DNA of 64,000 nt, taken from positions 8,791-72,790 of the forward strand of contig CAVRBA010000024.1 of NCBI GenBank assembly GCA_963719015.1, read 5' to 3'. The translations under genes were made by a program, and so were the position numbers. Below are positions 18,958 to 29,538 of the stretch, in pieces (within the stretch, counting starts at the first letter, position 1; the number at the start of each line of letters is the position of its first letter). The notes under the pieces were generated by a model. That model was given only the letters and a program-made list of their open reading frames with translations, did no database searches and was not told the origin of the DNA. This DNA is from an uncultured delta proteobacterium (GTDB lineage Bacteria > Desulfobacterota > Desulfobacteria > Desulfobacterales > SG8-13).

Positions 18958-19863
18958 ATGCATTTATGTCAACGGACCTTAAAGAAGACAGTCCGGTGCG
19001 AAGGCATTGGACTGCACTCTGGAAAATCTGTCCATTTGACGCTCAAACCAGCGCCCATCAATCACGGAATACGATTCATTCGCGTGGATTTACCGGGCGC
19101 ACCCGGTGTCACCGCCCAGTTTAACCGTGTGGTGGATACCAGTCTGGCTACGGTCATCGGCAGTGATGGATGTATCGTTTCTACGGTCGAACACTTGATG
19201 GCTACATTCGCAGGTCTTTCAATCGACAACGCATTGATTGAACTCGATGCCTACGAAGTGCCCGTAATGGATGGCAGTGCTGGTCCTTTCACTGAATTGA
19301 TAACGAAATCCGGTATCAAGGACCAGGGGGTACCACGACACTTTTTTACACTCAAAGAACCCATTGAACTGATCGATGGCGACAAATCCGTCACAGCTTA
19401 TCCCTCTGACCGTTTTCAAATCACGTGCACCATAGATTTCACACACCCGTTGATTGGTAAACAGACCCTCTCCATCGCGGTCACTGACGAAGCATTTTCC
19501 ACCGAGATCTGTCGGGCACGAACTTTCGGTTTCTTACACGAAGTCGAATATATGAAACGCTATGGATTGGCCCTGGGTGGATCATTAGACAACGCAGTGG
19601 TGATCGACAAGGACCATATCATCAATACGGACGGCCTCAGGTTCCCCAATGAGTTTGTCCGCCACAAAGTTCTGGATTGTCTCGGAGATTTTTCCCTGCT
19701 GGGAATGCCGATCCTCGGTCACTTGAATGTCGTCAAATCCGGCCATGCATTCAATCACGCCTTCCTCGAAAAATTCTTCTCTCAGAAAGAGTCCTGGGAA
19801 ACCCGCTGGATCCCCGGCTCATCGCCACGTCCGGCCTCACAACCAAAATCTGTTGCCATTTAA
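18958..19863 (+). CDS. lpxC: UDP-3-O-acyl-N-acetylglucosamine deacetylase
   Basis: 301 aa. QRTLKKTVRCEGIGLHSGKSVHLTLKPAPINHGIRF is a typical LpxC N-terminus. GGAAGGA lies 10 nt upstream of the ATG. Confidence 0.93.
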   Translation: MHLCQRTLKKTVRCEGIGLHSGKSVHLTLKPAPINHGIRFIRVDLPGAPGVTAQFNRVVDTSLATVIGSDGCIVSTVEHLMATFAGLSIDNALIELDAYEVPVMDGSAGPFTELITKSGIKDQGVPRHFFTLKEPIELIDGDKSVTAYPSDRFQITCTIDFTHPLIGKQTLSIAVTDEAFSTEICRARTFGFLHEVEYMKRYGLALGGSLDNAVVIDKDHIINTDGLRFPNEFVRHKVLDCLGDFSLLGMPILGHLNVVKSGHAFNHAFLEKFFSQKESWETRWIPGSSPRPASQPKSVAI

Positions 19864-20107
19864 TAAGGTTTTCGTGTATGTTTTGAAGACCCAGCCGATT
19901 GGGTCTCAGATACGTCGTTGGAGCATTCAAACCTACAAGGCGTTGATTAACTGCTGCAGCGCATATGCGCGGTTTACTACAAATCATATCACAAAATCGT
20001 GTACAGATATCGTATGCTTTCTGACCTATATCTCGTGTCTCGCAGGCACCGATTACCTTTTAGAATCTTTTGCCAATGAATCATGACAGAGGGGTGTATT
20101 TGACCGT

Positions 20108-20680
20108 ATGGCTTCGGTAAACCCCATTAAAACAGGTGTCGTCTGTTTAGGACTAATGTTCTCGCTATTGTGTGGAAGCAACCCGTTGCTGGCACAGGAC
20201 GCCGTGTTGACCCACATTACCGTTTCCAACACCCGTGATGATCTTCTGCTCAATTTAAATCTCGAGGGCAGCTTTACAGAAAGACTCAAAGCCGCCATCA
20301 TCAGCGGTGTTCCGGCAACATTCACATTTTATATCAACCTCTACCGAATCCGCAGCTGGTTGCCCGACAAAAAAATTACCAATATCACCCTCACACACAC
20401 CATCAAATATGACAATCTAAAGAAAGACTTTACGATCAAACGTTCATGGCGAGAAGGAGACCCGATGGTTACCCATTCTTTCTCACAAGCACAAAAGTGG
20501 ATGACCGAAATCGATGCCCTGCCGGTATATCCACTGAAAGAACTTGAAAAGGGCCGCCAGTACCAAATTCGGGCAAAGGCCGAGGTCAGCAAACTGACCC
20601 TGCCTTTATATCTTCACTACATACTCTTTTCCTTATGGGACGTCGAAACGGATTGGTATACGATCGATTTTATTTATTAG
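20108..20680 (+). CDS. DUF4390 domain protein (periplasmic, signal peptide)
   Basis: 190 aa. Signal-like N-terminus, and LTHITVSNTRDDLLLNLNLEGSFTERLKAAIISGVPATFTFYINLYR resembles DUF4390. It lies immediately upstream of an NtrY-like kinase, as is common. Confidence 0.7.
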   Translation: MASVNPIKTGVVCLGLMFSLLCGSNPLLAQDAVLTHITVSNTRDDLLLNLNLEGSFTERLKAAIISGVPATFTFYINLYRIRSWLPDKKITNITLTHTIKYDNLKKDFTIKRSWREGDPMVTHSFSQAQKWMTEIDALPVYPLKELEKGRQYQIRAKAEVSKLTLPLYLHYILFSLWDVETDWYTIDFIY

Positions 20681-20795
20681 TCACGGATTCCGCCCGCTAT
20701 ACCGCCGCCAAATCTTCAACTGTCCATGGTGACAACCAAAGGCATTGCCTTCAGTAAAGAAATAGCGGCGTCACCTTTCATTATCCCTATTTCCC

Positions 20796-23033
20796 ATGAA
20801 TGAAACCAGGGCAAATAAGAGCATATCGCTGACACCGAATCAGGCCGACAAAAAAAGGCGCAAACGTGAGGCCATTCTCATTGTCGTCATATTTGTCGTT
20901 GTTGCGTTTCTGACCCTTGCGGAATTTCGGGTCATTAATTTCGGTACAGACATCCCTGTCTCCAACACCATTCTGATGTTTATTCTCATCAACATCAATT
21001 TGCTGTTGTTGATCTTGTTGATTTTCCTGGTTTTTCGCAACCTGGTCAAACTGCTTTACGAGCGCAAACGTAAGGTTATGGGTGCCAAGCTTCGAACGCG
21101 TCTCACGGTTGCGTTCATTGCGCTTACTCTTCTTCCGACGATTGTCTTGTTTTTCTTCTCGATAAACTTCATCACCACCAGTCTCGACTTCTGGTTTAAC
21201 GTTCCGGTGGAACAGGCGCTGGAGAATTCTCTCGTCGTGGGGCGTAGCGTATATCGGCAGGTCGAGACCAACAGCCAGTTCTTCCTCGAAAGAGCATCCT
21301 ACCAGATCGTTAAAAAGGAATTTCTACATCCCAAAAATTCCACCGCACTTTCGCGCTATATCCGGGTTGTTCAGCGTGAATTCAATATTGCTGCAATCGA
21401 AGTGTACGATCTTAAAGCCAATCGGTTGACCTTTTCCCTTTCCGAAGAACTTGAAAATACGGTTTTTGGAATCGTCCCTTCCCACGTACTTCTTGAAAAC
21501 GAAATTCCCAAAAGTGTCTGGACGCATTCAGAGTACGTCACTAAAGGAGAGCTGATTCGGACTGTGGGAACAATTCCCTTCGGAGCCGACCCCGACCAGA
21601 TCGAAGGTTACCTTATCATTTCGATTCTTCTGGTGCCCGACATCTCCCAGAGCATGAAGTCGATAACCAGAGGGTTTGAAGAGTACCAGCAAATCAAGTT
21701 ACTGAAAAAACCGATTCAAAATACGTACTACATCGTTTTGTCGATCGTGGCCTTGCTGGTTCTGTTCTGCGCTATCTGGTTAGGCTTTTATCTCGCCCGC
21801 TCAATGAGCATACCCATCAAAGAGTTGGCAGAAGGCACCCGGCGTGTGGCCGAAGGTGAACTGAGTTTCACCATTGAACGCGTCGCCGACGACGAAATCG
21901 GCAGTCTGGTCGATTCATTTAATAAAATGACCCGGGATTTGCGTGGCAGCCGTGAGCAACTGGAGCTTTCAGCTGCCAAGCTTCAGCAACAAAATGCCGA
22001 AATAGAAGAAAAACGGCAATATATGGAAATCGTCCTGAAAAATGTCTCCGCTGGTGTCATTACACTCGATGCCGGCGGAATCATCAAGACAATCAATCGG
22101 TCCGCTGAAAGAATGCTCGGAATCAAAACCGACGAGGTTCTCAATCGCGGTTATGATCACCTATTGGACGGCCAGTTCCGATGGTTGGCCAACGAGATTA
22201 TGGACAGCCTCACTCTCTCGAAAAACGATGCTTTCCAACTGCCACTACGGCTGATCATCGACGGCCGGCCGCGCAGTTTTATGACCCATGTCAATGCGCT
22301 CAGGGATGATACCGGCAATCACATCGGTATCGTGATGGTGTTCGATGACCTGACCGAGATGGAAAGAGCCCAACGGATGGTCGCATGGCGGGAGGTGGCC
22401 CGGAGAATTGCACACGAAGTTAAAAATCCCCTCACTCCGATCACGCTTTCCGCCCAACGATTGAAACGAAAATTTGCAAAGGATCACGAGGATCCCGTCT
22501 TCGATGAATGCATCCGGATGATCATTGATCACGTTGAACTTATTCGTAATCTAGTCAACGAGTTTTCAGCGTTTGCCAAATTCCCGAGCGTTGATCTGAA
22601 GCCTTGCGAACTGCTGCCTATAATCGAGGAGACCGTGGCGCTTTACATGGAAGGTTATACTGAAATCGTTTTCCAGACGCAACTGGCCGATACTGTCCCG
22701 GTGATGAACCTTGATCGCAAACAGATCAAACAGGCCATGATCAACCTGCTGGAAAATGCCATTGCCGCCATAAGGGGTAAAGGTGATATCACGATCACCT
22801 TGTCATACGATTCAATTTTAAATCGTGTCCGGATCGAAATCGCCGATAATGGGCCCGGTGTTTCGGATGCCGACAAAACCCGCCTGTTCGAACCCAATTT
22901 TTCTACCAAAAAGGCCGGAATGGGTCTGGGCCTAACGATCGTCAGTACGATCGTCGGCGACCACAATGGTGTGATCAGCGTCCAAAACAATCAGCCTACC
23001 GGGGCGAAATTTGTGATCGAGCTGCCGGTATAG
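20796..23033 (+). CDS. Sensor histidine kinase, NtrY-like (TM-HAMP-PAS-HisKA-HATPase)
   Basis: 745 aa. N-terminal TM helices, HAMP, PAS, H-box IAHEVKNPLTPI, then N/G boxes (NLLENAI, DNGPGV, GMGLGLTIV). Confidence 0.85.
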   Translation: MNETRANKSISLTPNQADKKRRKREAILIVVIFVVVAFLTLAEFRVINFGTDIPVSNTILMFILININLLLLILLIFLVFRNLVKLLYERKRKVMGAKLRTRLTVAFIALTLLPTIVLFFFSINFITTSLDFWFNVPVEQALENSLVVGRSVYRQVETNSQFFLERASYQIVKKEFLHPKNSTALSRYIRVVQREFNIAAIEVYDLKANRLTFSLSEELENTVFGIVPSHVLLENEIPKSVWTHSEYVTKGELIRTVGTIPFGADPDQIEGYLIISILLVPDISQSMKSITRGFEEYQQIKLLKKPIQNTYYIVLSIVALLVLFCAIWLGFYLARSMSIPIKELAEGTRRVAEGELSFTIERVADDEIGSLVDSFNKMTRDLRGSREQLELSAAKLQQQNAEIEEKRQYMEIVLKNVSAGVITLDAGGIIKTINRSAERMLGIKTDEVLNRGYDHLLDGQFRWLANEIMDSLTLSKNDAFQLPLRLIIDGRPRSFMTHVNALRDDTGNHIGIVMVFDDLTEMERAQRMVAWREVARRIAHEVKNPLTPITLSAQRLKRKFAKDHEDPVFDECIRMIIDHVELIRNLVNEFSAFAKFPSVDLKPCELLPIIEETVALYMEGYTEIVFQTQLADTVPVMNLDRKQIKQAMINLLENAIAAIRGKGDITITLSYDSILNRVRIEIADNGPGVSDADKTRLFEPNFSTKKAGMGLGLTIVSTIVGDHNGVISVQNNQPTGAKFVIELPV

Positions 23034-23130
23034 CCAGCTGTCCGGAATTATTACCTTATGTTGTGGTGACAAAGGGTGTTCCGGTAGCCATGATATTTGA
23101 CACCCACAAAATCAACAAGGAGTTCGGGCA

Positions 23131-24489
23131 ATGAATCCCACAATATTGATCGTTGATGATGAACCGTCTATTCTCCAATCTCTCGGGGGACTGTTGACTG
23201 ACGAAGGGTTCGAAGTCCATACCGCATCCAATGGATACGAAGCCCTGAAAAATATCGCAAGCGATTCACCGGACCTGGTGTTGCTCGATATCTGGATGCC
23301 GGGCCTAGACGGTATCGACACATTGCAGGAAATCCGGAAAAATAACCCTTACATACAAGTGATCATTATCACAGGCCACGGAACGATAGAAACCGCCGTG
23401 AAGGCAACCAAAATGGGTGCGTATGACCTGATCGAAAAGCCGCTGTCCATCGACAAGGTTATCGTTGCCATCAACAACGCTTTGAATTTTCGCCGGCTCG
23501 AAGAAGAAAACCGCTACCTGCGGAAAAAGATGATCGAAAAAAATTCCATCAGCGGTAACAGTCCCCCGATACAGCTGCTTAAAAAACAGATCGCCGTAGC
23601 CGCACCAACCGACACGTGGATATTGATAAAGGGCGAGAACGGTACCGGCAAGGAACTCGTGGCCCGGACAATTCATCAGCTCAGCCGCCGGGCTTCCCAG
23701 CCCCTGATAACCGTCAATTGTGCAGCTATTCCTGAAGAACTGATCGAGAGTGAACTCTTCGGGCATGAAAAAGGCGCGTTCCCCGGGGCATCCATGAAGA
23801 AAAGGGGTAAATTTGAACTGGCACACAGTGGAACTATTTTTCTGGATGAAATCGGTGATATGAGCTTGCGGACACAGTCAAAAATGATGCGCGTTCTGGA
23901 AGAGCAAAAGTTCAACCGTCTCGGAGGCAGTCGAACCATCACTGTGGATGTCCGTGTCATTGCCGCCACCAACAAAGATCTGGAAAAAGAAATCGAAAGC
24001 GGTCAATTCCGAGAAGAATTGTACTACCGCTTGAACGTGGTGCCGATAGAGGTTCCGGCGCTTCGCGAACGAATGGAAGACATTCCGGTCTTAGTCGATA
24101 TTTTTTTCGAAGAATTTGCCAAGCAAACACAAAAAGATAAAAAAAAGATAACACCGGCCGCTGTTGAGCAATTGCGCCAATCAGTCTGGCCGGGCAATGT
24201 TCGAGAACTCAAGAATCTTGTGGAACGTCTGGTCATAATGGTTGAGAAAGATATCATCGATATGGCGGAACTTCCCGATGCATACAGTCCCGACATCAGA
24301 CCGGATTTATCGGCCGATGAGTCCGGTCTGCTTTCAATCGACACCCTCAAAGAAGCAAAACAGGAATTTGAAAAAGAATATATCCAAAAAAAGCTTAAAG
24401 AAAATAAGAATAACATCAGCCGGACCGCTGAAATGATTGGGGTCGGACGTAGCTACCTTTATAAAAAAATGAAGAAAATCATCAAATAA
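23131..24489 (+). CDS. NtrC/NtrX-family response regulator (REC-AAA+-Fis HTH), GAFPGA variant
   Basis: 452 aa. REC (ILIVDDEPSI...LLDIWMPGLDG), Walker A GENGTGKE, ESELFGHEKGAFPGA, and a C-terminal HTH ISRTAEMIGVGRSYLYKKM. Confidence 0.88.
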   Translation: MNPTILIVDDEPSILQSLGGLLTDEGFEVHTASNGYEALKNIASDSPDLVLLDIWMPGLDGIDTLQEIRKNNPYIQVIIITGHGTIETAVKATKMGAYDLIEKPLSIDKVIVAINNALNFRRLEEENRYLRKKMIEKNSISGNSPPIQLLKKQIAVAAPTDTWILIKGENGTGKELVARTIHQLSRRASQPLITVNCAAIPEELIESELFGHEKGAFPGASMKKRGKFELAHSGTIFLDEIGDMSLRTQSKMMRVLEEQKFNRLGGSRTITVDVRVIAATNKDLEKEIESGQFREELYYRLNVVPIEVPALRERMEDIPVLVDIFFEEFAKQTQKDKKKITPAAVEQLRQSVWPGNVRELKNLVERLVIMVEKDIIDMAELPDAYSPDIRPDLSADESGLLSIDTLKEAKQEFEKEYIQKKLKENKNNISRTAEMIGVGRSYLYKKMKKIIK

Positions 24490-24595
24490 TGTAATGTCCG
24501 CTTATTTCACAAACATTTTCCACTTCTTTCTCCGATCATAAAAGTCAAGTTTACGGAGCGTAAACCACCATTTATCGACAAACACGTTATAAAAG

Positions 24596-25162
24596 GTGAA
24601 TAGTCAGTTGCGAGTTATCGGGGGATCATTACGAGGCAGAAAACTGTCGCCCATAAAAAACACGAACATCCGTCCGACGGCCGACCGATTGAGAGAATCA
24701 ATCTTCAATATTATCGCCAAATGGGTACCGGAGGCTATTGTTTTGGACCTTTTTTCCGGTACGGGTGCTTATGGTATCGAAGCACTTAGCCGTGCCGCAC
24801 ATTCCGCCGTCTTCATCGACAGCAGCCAGGCTGCCATCTCCGTCATTTCTCGCAATTTGGAACTTTGTCGGCTCGAATCCCGTTCACGTATCATCCGCTG
24901 GGATGTCACCGCTAATCTTAACTGTCTCAACACATCGGACAGTCCGTTTAACCTCGTTTTCATGGATCCCCCCTACAACACCAATTTTGTCGGGGCCAGC
25001 TTGAAAATTCTTCAAAACCATCCGATTCTGGCCCCCCGTAACCGCTTGGTCGTCGAGCATTCTTCCCGCGAACCGTTGCCGGTCGATTTGGATAATTTTA
25101 TTCTCCACGACCAGAGGCGCTATGGGAAAACCCTTGTTTCAATTTTAGAATGTGTGCTATGA
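24596..25162 (+). CDS. rsmD: 16S rRNA (guanine966-N2)-methyltransferase
   Basis: 188 aa with a GTG start. IGGSLRGRKL, LDLFSGTGAYGIEALSRGA-like and FMDPPY motifs. Adjacent to coaD, as is typical. Confidence 0.85.
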   Translation: MNSQLRVIGGSLRGRKLSPIKNTNIRPTADRLRESIFNIIAKWVPEAIVLDLFSGTGAYGIEALSRAAHSAVFIDSSQAAISVISRNLELCRLESRSRIIRWDVTANLNCLNTSDSPFNLVFMDPPYNTNFVGASLKILQNHPILAPRNRLVVEHSSREPLPVDLDNFILHDQRRYGKTLVSILECVL

Positions 25163-25247
25163 AATTAAGCGTGCCTTTTACAGGCCCGGACACGACTACC
25201 GGTAGCTGATCTCGGTTTTGATTCACTCAAACTTTGTGGGCATTGTG

Positions 25248-25742
25248 ATGGGGAAGGTAGCAATATATCCGGGATCCTTCGATCCGGTAACAAATGGGCA
25301 TCTGGACATCGTCAAGCGCGGATTGAAGCTGTTTGACAAAATCATCGTCACCATATTGTATAACCCCGGCAAGGAAACGTTGTTCTCCGTCGAAGAACGG
25401 TTGGACATGTTGCGAATAAGCGTGAAGGGGTTGTCAAGAATTGAAATCGATCGTTATGACGGTCTCCTGGTGGACTACGCTGCGAAACGTAAGGCCACTG
25501 CGATTCTGCGTGGCATGCGGGCGGTTTCGGATTTTGAGTACGAATTCCAAATGGCCCTGATGAACCGTCGACTCAACCGTGAAATTCAAACTGTTTTTTT
25601 GATGACAGGCCTCCGTTGGATATTTACCAGTTCTTCGATTATCAAGGAAGCCGCCCGGTTTGGTGGTAACATTGAGGGTATGGTACCACCGATGGTTTTG
25701 AAAATGATAAAAGAAAAATTTCGTAACCAGTCCGCACCGTGA
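25248..25742 (+). CDS. coaD: Pantetheine-phosphate adenylyltransferase
   Basis: 164 aa from the internal ATG 25248 (MGKVAIYPGSFDPVTNGHLDIV). Full-length CoaD resemblance. The listed upstream extension is unlikely. Confidence 0.92.
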   Translation: MGKVAIYPGSFDPVTNGHLDIVKRGLKLFDKIIVTILYNPGKETLFSVEERLDMLRISVKGLSRIEIDRYDGLLVDYAAKRKATAILRGMRAVSDFEYEFQMALMNRRLNREIQTVFLMTGLRWIFTSSSIIKEAARFGGNIEGMVPPMVLKMIKEKFRNQSAP

Positions 25743-25802
25743 CAACCGGCGTGCCGACAAACCACCCAATACCGCCACTCTCCCAAGACGCTTGCTTACG
25801 CA

Positions 25803-26726
25803 ATGGACCTCTGGCAGCTCAATATTTTCTGCAAAGTCGTCGAGCAGCGGAGTTTTTCCAAAGCGGGAAAGCTGGCCCATCTATCTCAACCGACAGTCAG
25901 TAGTCATATTAAGGACCTTGAGAATCATTTCGGTTGCCGGTTGATCGACCGATTGGCCAAAGAGGCCGTTCCCACCAAGGAAGGTGAACTTCTATACCAT
26001 TATGCCCAACGGTTGATTGGTTTGCGGGACGAAACCGAAGAGGCGCTAAGAAAATTCAAGGATTCTGTGGAAGGCAATTTGATTGTCGGAGGCAGCACCA
26101 TTCCCGGTGGTTATCTGCTACCACAGTTGATCGCCGGATTCCTCAAGAAATTCCCGAAAGTTTATGTCTCCCTGCGGGTTGGGGGTACCGGAAAGGTCAC
26201 GACCGACATTCTGTCAGGAAAGATTGAATTGGGGGTTGTGGGCGCCCGGATTTCAGACAATCACCTAGAGCAAATAGTCTTGCTGGAAGATAAAATGCGT
26301 CTGATTGTCCCCCGTGATCACAAATGGAGCGACAGGCGCAGCATCGATCTGAATACGTTGCTCCGTGAGCGATTCATTGTGCGTGAAACGGGTTCAGGTA
26401 CACTTAAATCAATCCAGCACAATCTACGGAAAAGCGGATACACCCTGGAGCAATTCAATATCGTCTCAGAACTCGGTAGCACTGAATCAGTCGTCCAGGG
26501 GATAAAGAACAACATCGGCCTTTCGATTGTCTCTCCGATCGCCGTTGCAGACGAGCTAAATTCCGGAATGCTTAAGGCCCTGAGGATCAACGGTCTGAAA
26601 CTCAAGCGCCATTTCTACCTCACACGGCACAGACACCGCAGCCTTTCACCGGCCGGGCAGGCTTTTATGGCGTATCTGCCAAAGGTGCTGGCTGATGAAA
26701 ATCCGTTGCAAAACTTCCTGCAATAA
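25803..26726 (+). CDS. LysR family transcriptional regulator
   Basis: 307 aa. N-terminal wHTH (LNIFCKVVEQRSFSKAGKLAHLSQPTVSSHIKDLE) and a LysR substrate-binding domain. Confidence 0.88.
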   Translation: MDLWQLNIFCKVVEQRSFSKAGKLAHLSQPTVSSHIKDLENHFGCRLIDRLAKEAVPTKEGELLYHYAQRLIGLRDETEEALRKFKDSVEGNLIVGGSTIPGGYLLPQLIAGFLKKFPKVYVSLRVGGTGKVTTDILSGKIELGVVGARISDNHLEQIVLLEDKMRLIVPRDHKWSDRRSIDLNTLLRERFIVRETGSGTLKSIQHNLRKSGYTLEQFNIVSELGSTESVVQGIKNNIGLSIVSPIAVADELNSGMLKALRINGLKLKRHFYLTRHRHRSLSPAGQAFMAYLPKVLADENPLQNFLQ

Positions 26727-27059
26727 ACACAATTAGTTAATGTCCATCTACTTTTCACAGATGGACATTAGAAGTCATCTCAAAAAAGTTTTTTGGCTCA
26801 ATCTCTGCGTTGGTACCTCGTTTCAAATCCTCGACATACTTTAGTATGCCTGCGTGTTGAAACTCGGATCCGCCTTGATCTTGAACCAAAATCCTAATTT
26901 TGAGATGGCTTCTAGTTAAAGACTTCTCAAGCGGTGTGGGCCTTTCGATGGAATAGGTACACAGATCGCCATCCCGTTGACACAACCAGAGCGAATTATG
27001 GCCGACACATCTGACTGCCGAAAGGGCAGATATCGTCAGGCAGAGTATGGGACCAGTGA

Positions 27060-27641
27060 TTAGAAAAAGTGTTTGATAACCACAAAACCGGCGATCAAGA
27101 GGACCGTAAAGGCCACGGCCAGAATGTTGAAATATTTTTCTATAAAACGCTGGATCCTAGATCCGAAAAGATAGATGAGACCACCGACGAGAAAGAACCG
27201 CGCCGAGCGTGAAACGAAGGATGCGAGGATAAACACGACAAAGTCTATTTTAAACATACCGGCGGCAATTGTGAAAACCTTATACGGGATTGGGGTAAAA
27301 CCAGCGATCCCAATGGCCCAGGCATCGTAATCCCTGTACAGATTGCCGATGTAGTCGACTTTGTTACCCAAACCGTAGAAGGCGATAATCTTATCACCAA
27401 CGCCGCTCATGAATTGCCAACCGATCAAGTAGCCAAAACAGCCCCCCAGAACTGAGCCTACCGAACAAATCAGTGCAAACCGCATCGACTTCCGCGGCAC
27501 GGCCACTGCTAAAGCGATCAAAAGAACATCCGGCGGAATCGGAAAAAAGGAGGATTCACTGAATGCCAGCAGGAAAAGCGCCCAAGAACCGTAAGGCGTT
27601 TCAGCCCAATGCAACACCCAATTATAGAGTTTTCTAAACAT
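27060..27641 (-). CDS. YqaA/DedA-family membrane protein
   Basis: 193 aa. FLLAFSESSFFPIPPDVLLIALAV is a typical SNARE-associated/DedA motif. The ATG directly abuts the pcm stop codon. Confidence 0.8.
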   Translation of the reverse strand: MFRKLYNWVLHWAETPYGSWALFLLAFSESSFFPIPPDVLLIALAVAVPRKSMRFALICSVGSVLGGCFGYLIGWQFMSGVGDKIIAFYGLGNKVDYIGNLYRDYDAWAIGIAGFTPIPYKVFTIAAGMFKIDFVVFILASFVSRSARFFLVGGLIYLFGSRIQRFIEKYFNILAVAFTVLLIAGFVVIKHFF

Positions 27642-28304
27642 TTAGCGTTCGCTCCAACCATTTTCACCGACCAGTTTGACAAATCGACAACCACCGAGGT
27701 TGGATCGATTTACACCTTGTTCATCTTTATATACCTTTATCATTTCTTGCGAGTGCTGGTCGCCCACGGGGACAACCATCCGTCCACCGCTAGCAAGCTG
27801 AGCAATGAGAGCATCCGGAATTTTCGGCGCTCCGGCGGTAACGACAATAGCGTCGAAAGGACTTTCATCAACCCATCCGACGGTACCATCCCCATAGCGC
27901 GTTATGATGTTGTGATAGCGGAGCTGATCGAAAAGACGGCGTGTCTTTATCAACAGCGAGTGTATTCTTTCAATCGTGTATACCTTGTAGGCTATTTCGG
28001 CTAAAATAGCGGCCTGATACCCGGAACCCGTCCCAACCTCGAGTACGCGGTCGTCTTTTGCTAGTTGTAACGCCTGAGTCATTTCTGCGACGATGTATGG
28101 TTGGGAAATCGTTTGCTGCTCGCCAATAGGAAGGGGAAAATCACCGTACGACTGATCCCTTAAGGCTTCACTGACAAAAAGGTGCCGGGGAACCTTACGC
28201 ATGGCTGCCAGCACATTTTGGTCAGTAATGCCGCGTCCTTCAATCTGGCGTTTGACCATTTCATCGCGCTGACGTTCGAATTTTATCGATTCCTTTTCGA
28301 TCAT
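27642..28304 (-). CDS. pcm: Protein-L-isoaspartate O-methyltransferase
   Basis: 220 aa. QTISQPYIVA, VLEVGTGSGYQAAILA, and a full-length Pcm pattern. Confidence 0.92.
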   Translation of the reverse strand: MIEKESIKFERQRDEMVKRQIEGRGITDQNVLAAMRKVPRHLFVSEALRDQSYGDFPLPIGEQQTISQPYIVAEMTQALQLAKDDRVLEVGTGSGYQAAILAEIAYKVYTIERIHSLLIKTRRLFDQLRYHNIITRYGDGTVGWVDESPFDAIVVTAGAPKIPDALIAQLASGGRMVVPVGDQHSQEMIKVYKDEQGVNRSNLGGCRFVKLVGENGWSER

Positions 28305-28685
28305 ACGTTCTCCGGCGAGGGTTTTGCAGTCACCAAACTCTTTTCGCAGGTGATGGATTTATCTCTTGTTGGAATACAGTTGGACGGCAAGTTCTCGATG
28401 CACCACCATATACATATCCGAGTTCCTTGAGGATCTTACCATCTATTGCTATCATGAATGCATCGCTGCGGCAGGCCATCCGATATTGAGCGTATGTTGG
28501 AATTTTTACTATCAGTTCCACCGGTTTAGGTCAAGAATATAGCTTGATAATTCCATCGAAGGCAGGGTTAGGTCGATAGGTTGCGAGGAAATGGTGCGCA
28601 GGATGCGAAATATAGCTGTTGAGGCGGCGGTCAGAACAGAATCAATCAGTTTCTGACCACGAAATGTGGCAACTGGTACAGCGAA

Positions 28686-29273
28686 TCATATTTTGTATAT
28701 GATTCGCTTATCGGTAATAATGATGTCTACATATTTGTCGTGGGATTCAACCGGTACCATGGGGATGATTTGATCGTCTAATGCCAGGGCCACTTTGCGT
28801 GTTGTAATCGGTAGATGTGGAATGAGTCTGTCGTAATATCCATCGCCAGAGCCGATTCGCCCCCCTTTTTCATCAAATGCAATACCGGGTATAATTGCGA
28901 TATCAATGCAGTCGATCGGTACGGAACGGCACTGATCAGAATCCGGTTGCAGATCGGTTGACCCACCGGCTTTCAGATCATTTGAAAAATCATTTATTTT
29001 AAACAGTTTGAACTTCTTGGATCCGGTATCAATCAAGGGTAAAACAACGATCTTGTTGTGGTCAAAAGTCCGTTTGATAATCTCTTTTGATTGAACCTCG
29101 TTCGGATTATCGAGGTACATTAAGGCAATTTTAGCTTCGAGGAAATTAGCAAAATCAAAGAGGCGATCTTCAATTTGCTTGGTCTTTTCGGCAAGCGTGT
29201 TCTTGGGCAGTTTACCCAATGCGGTGGCAATCTCTTTGCGAATATCGTCCTTGCTTTTGTGAATTTCTTCCAT
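28686..29273 (-). CDS. 5-formyltetrahydrofolate cyclo-ligase
   Basis: 195 aa from ATG 29273 (GAGGGGA 9 nt upstream). Family pattern ...IALMYL......E......I......K.VVLP...., GIAFDEKGGRIGSGDGYYDR. Confidence 0.85.
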   Translation of the reverse strand: MEEIHKSKDDIRKEIATALGKLPKNTLAEKTKQIEDRLFDFANFLEAKIALMYLDNPNEVQSKEIIKRTFDHNKIVVLPLIDTGSKKFKLFKINDFSNDLKAGGSTDLQPDSDQCRSVPIDCIDIAIIPGIAFDEKGGRIGSGDGYYDRLIPHLPITTRKVALALDDQIIPMVPVESHDKYVDIIITDKRIIYKI

Positions 29274-29283
29274 AAACACTATC

Positions 29284-29517
29284 CCCTCACAGAATTCTGA
29301 TGACCTTATAGATAAACCTGCCCCGCGTCAACCTGTATTCATTATTGACTAAAAAGTAACCCCATGTTAGATGGTTTCTGCGATTTTCCGGTTTCAGACG
29401 CCATCCTCAACCGGAACCCTGCCCTGCCATATCCTGTTATAGAGCTGCCGCATATATTGAATTACACGCGGTAATATTTCATGGCATCTACCTGAGCAGG
29501 AACATACCGAAAAAACG
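29284..29517 (-). ncRNA. ssrS: Candidate 6S RNA (by synteny and rod-like fold), boundaries approximate
   Basis: Lies directly upstream of, and co-oriented with, the 5-formyl-THF cyclo-ligase gene, which is the classical ssrS-ygfA arrangement. Sigma-70-like promoter on the minus strand: TTGATT (29552-29547), 17 nt, TATGTT (29529-29524). A long interrupted helix pairs 29500-29459 with 29340-29284 around an internal UUCCGGUU/AACCGGAA hairpin. Not verified by a covariance model. Confidence 0.4.
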
Positions 29518-29538
29518 GAACTAAACATAGGTACAGAT

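Noticed and set aside
26755-26985. 76-aa minus-strand ORF between the LysR gene and the DedA-family gene.
   Set aside because: TTG start with no SD and no recognisable family. The region is better explained by terminator-like hairpins (26743-26771 and about 27010-27040).
28305-28685. A 380-bp gap upstream of pcm with a 63-aa ORF (28330-28521), a TTGACC-17-TAGTAA promoter-like site, and two hairpins.
   Set aside because: The ORF has no SD and no family resemblance. I matched no known RNA motif, and the evidence is too thin to call a feature.
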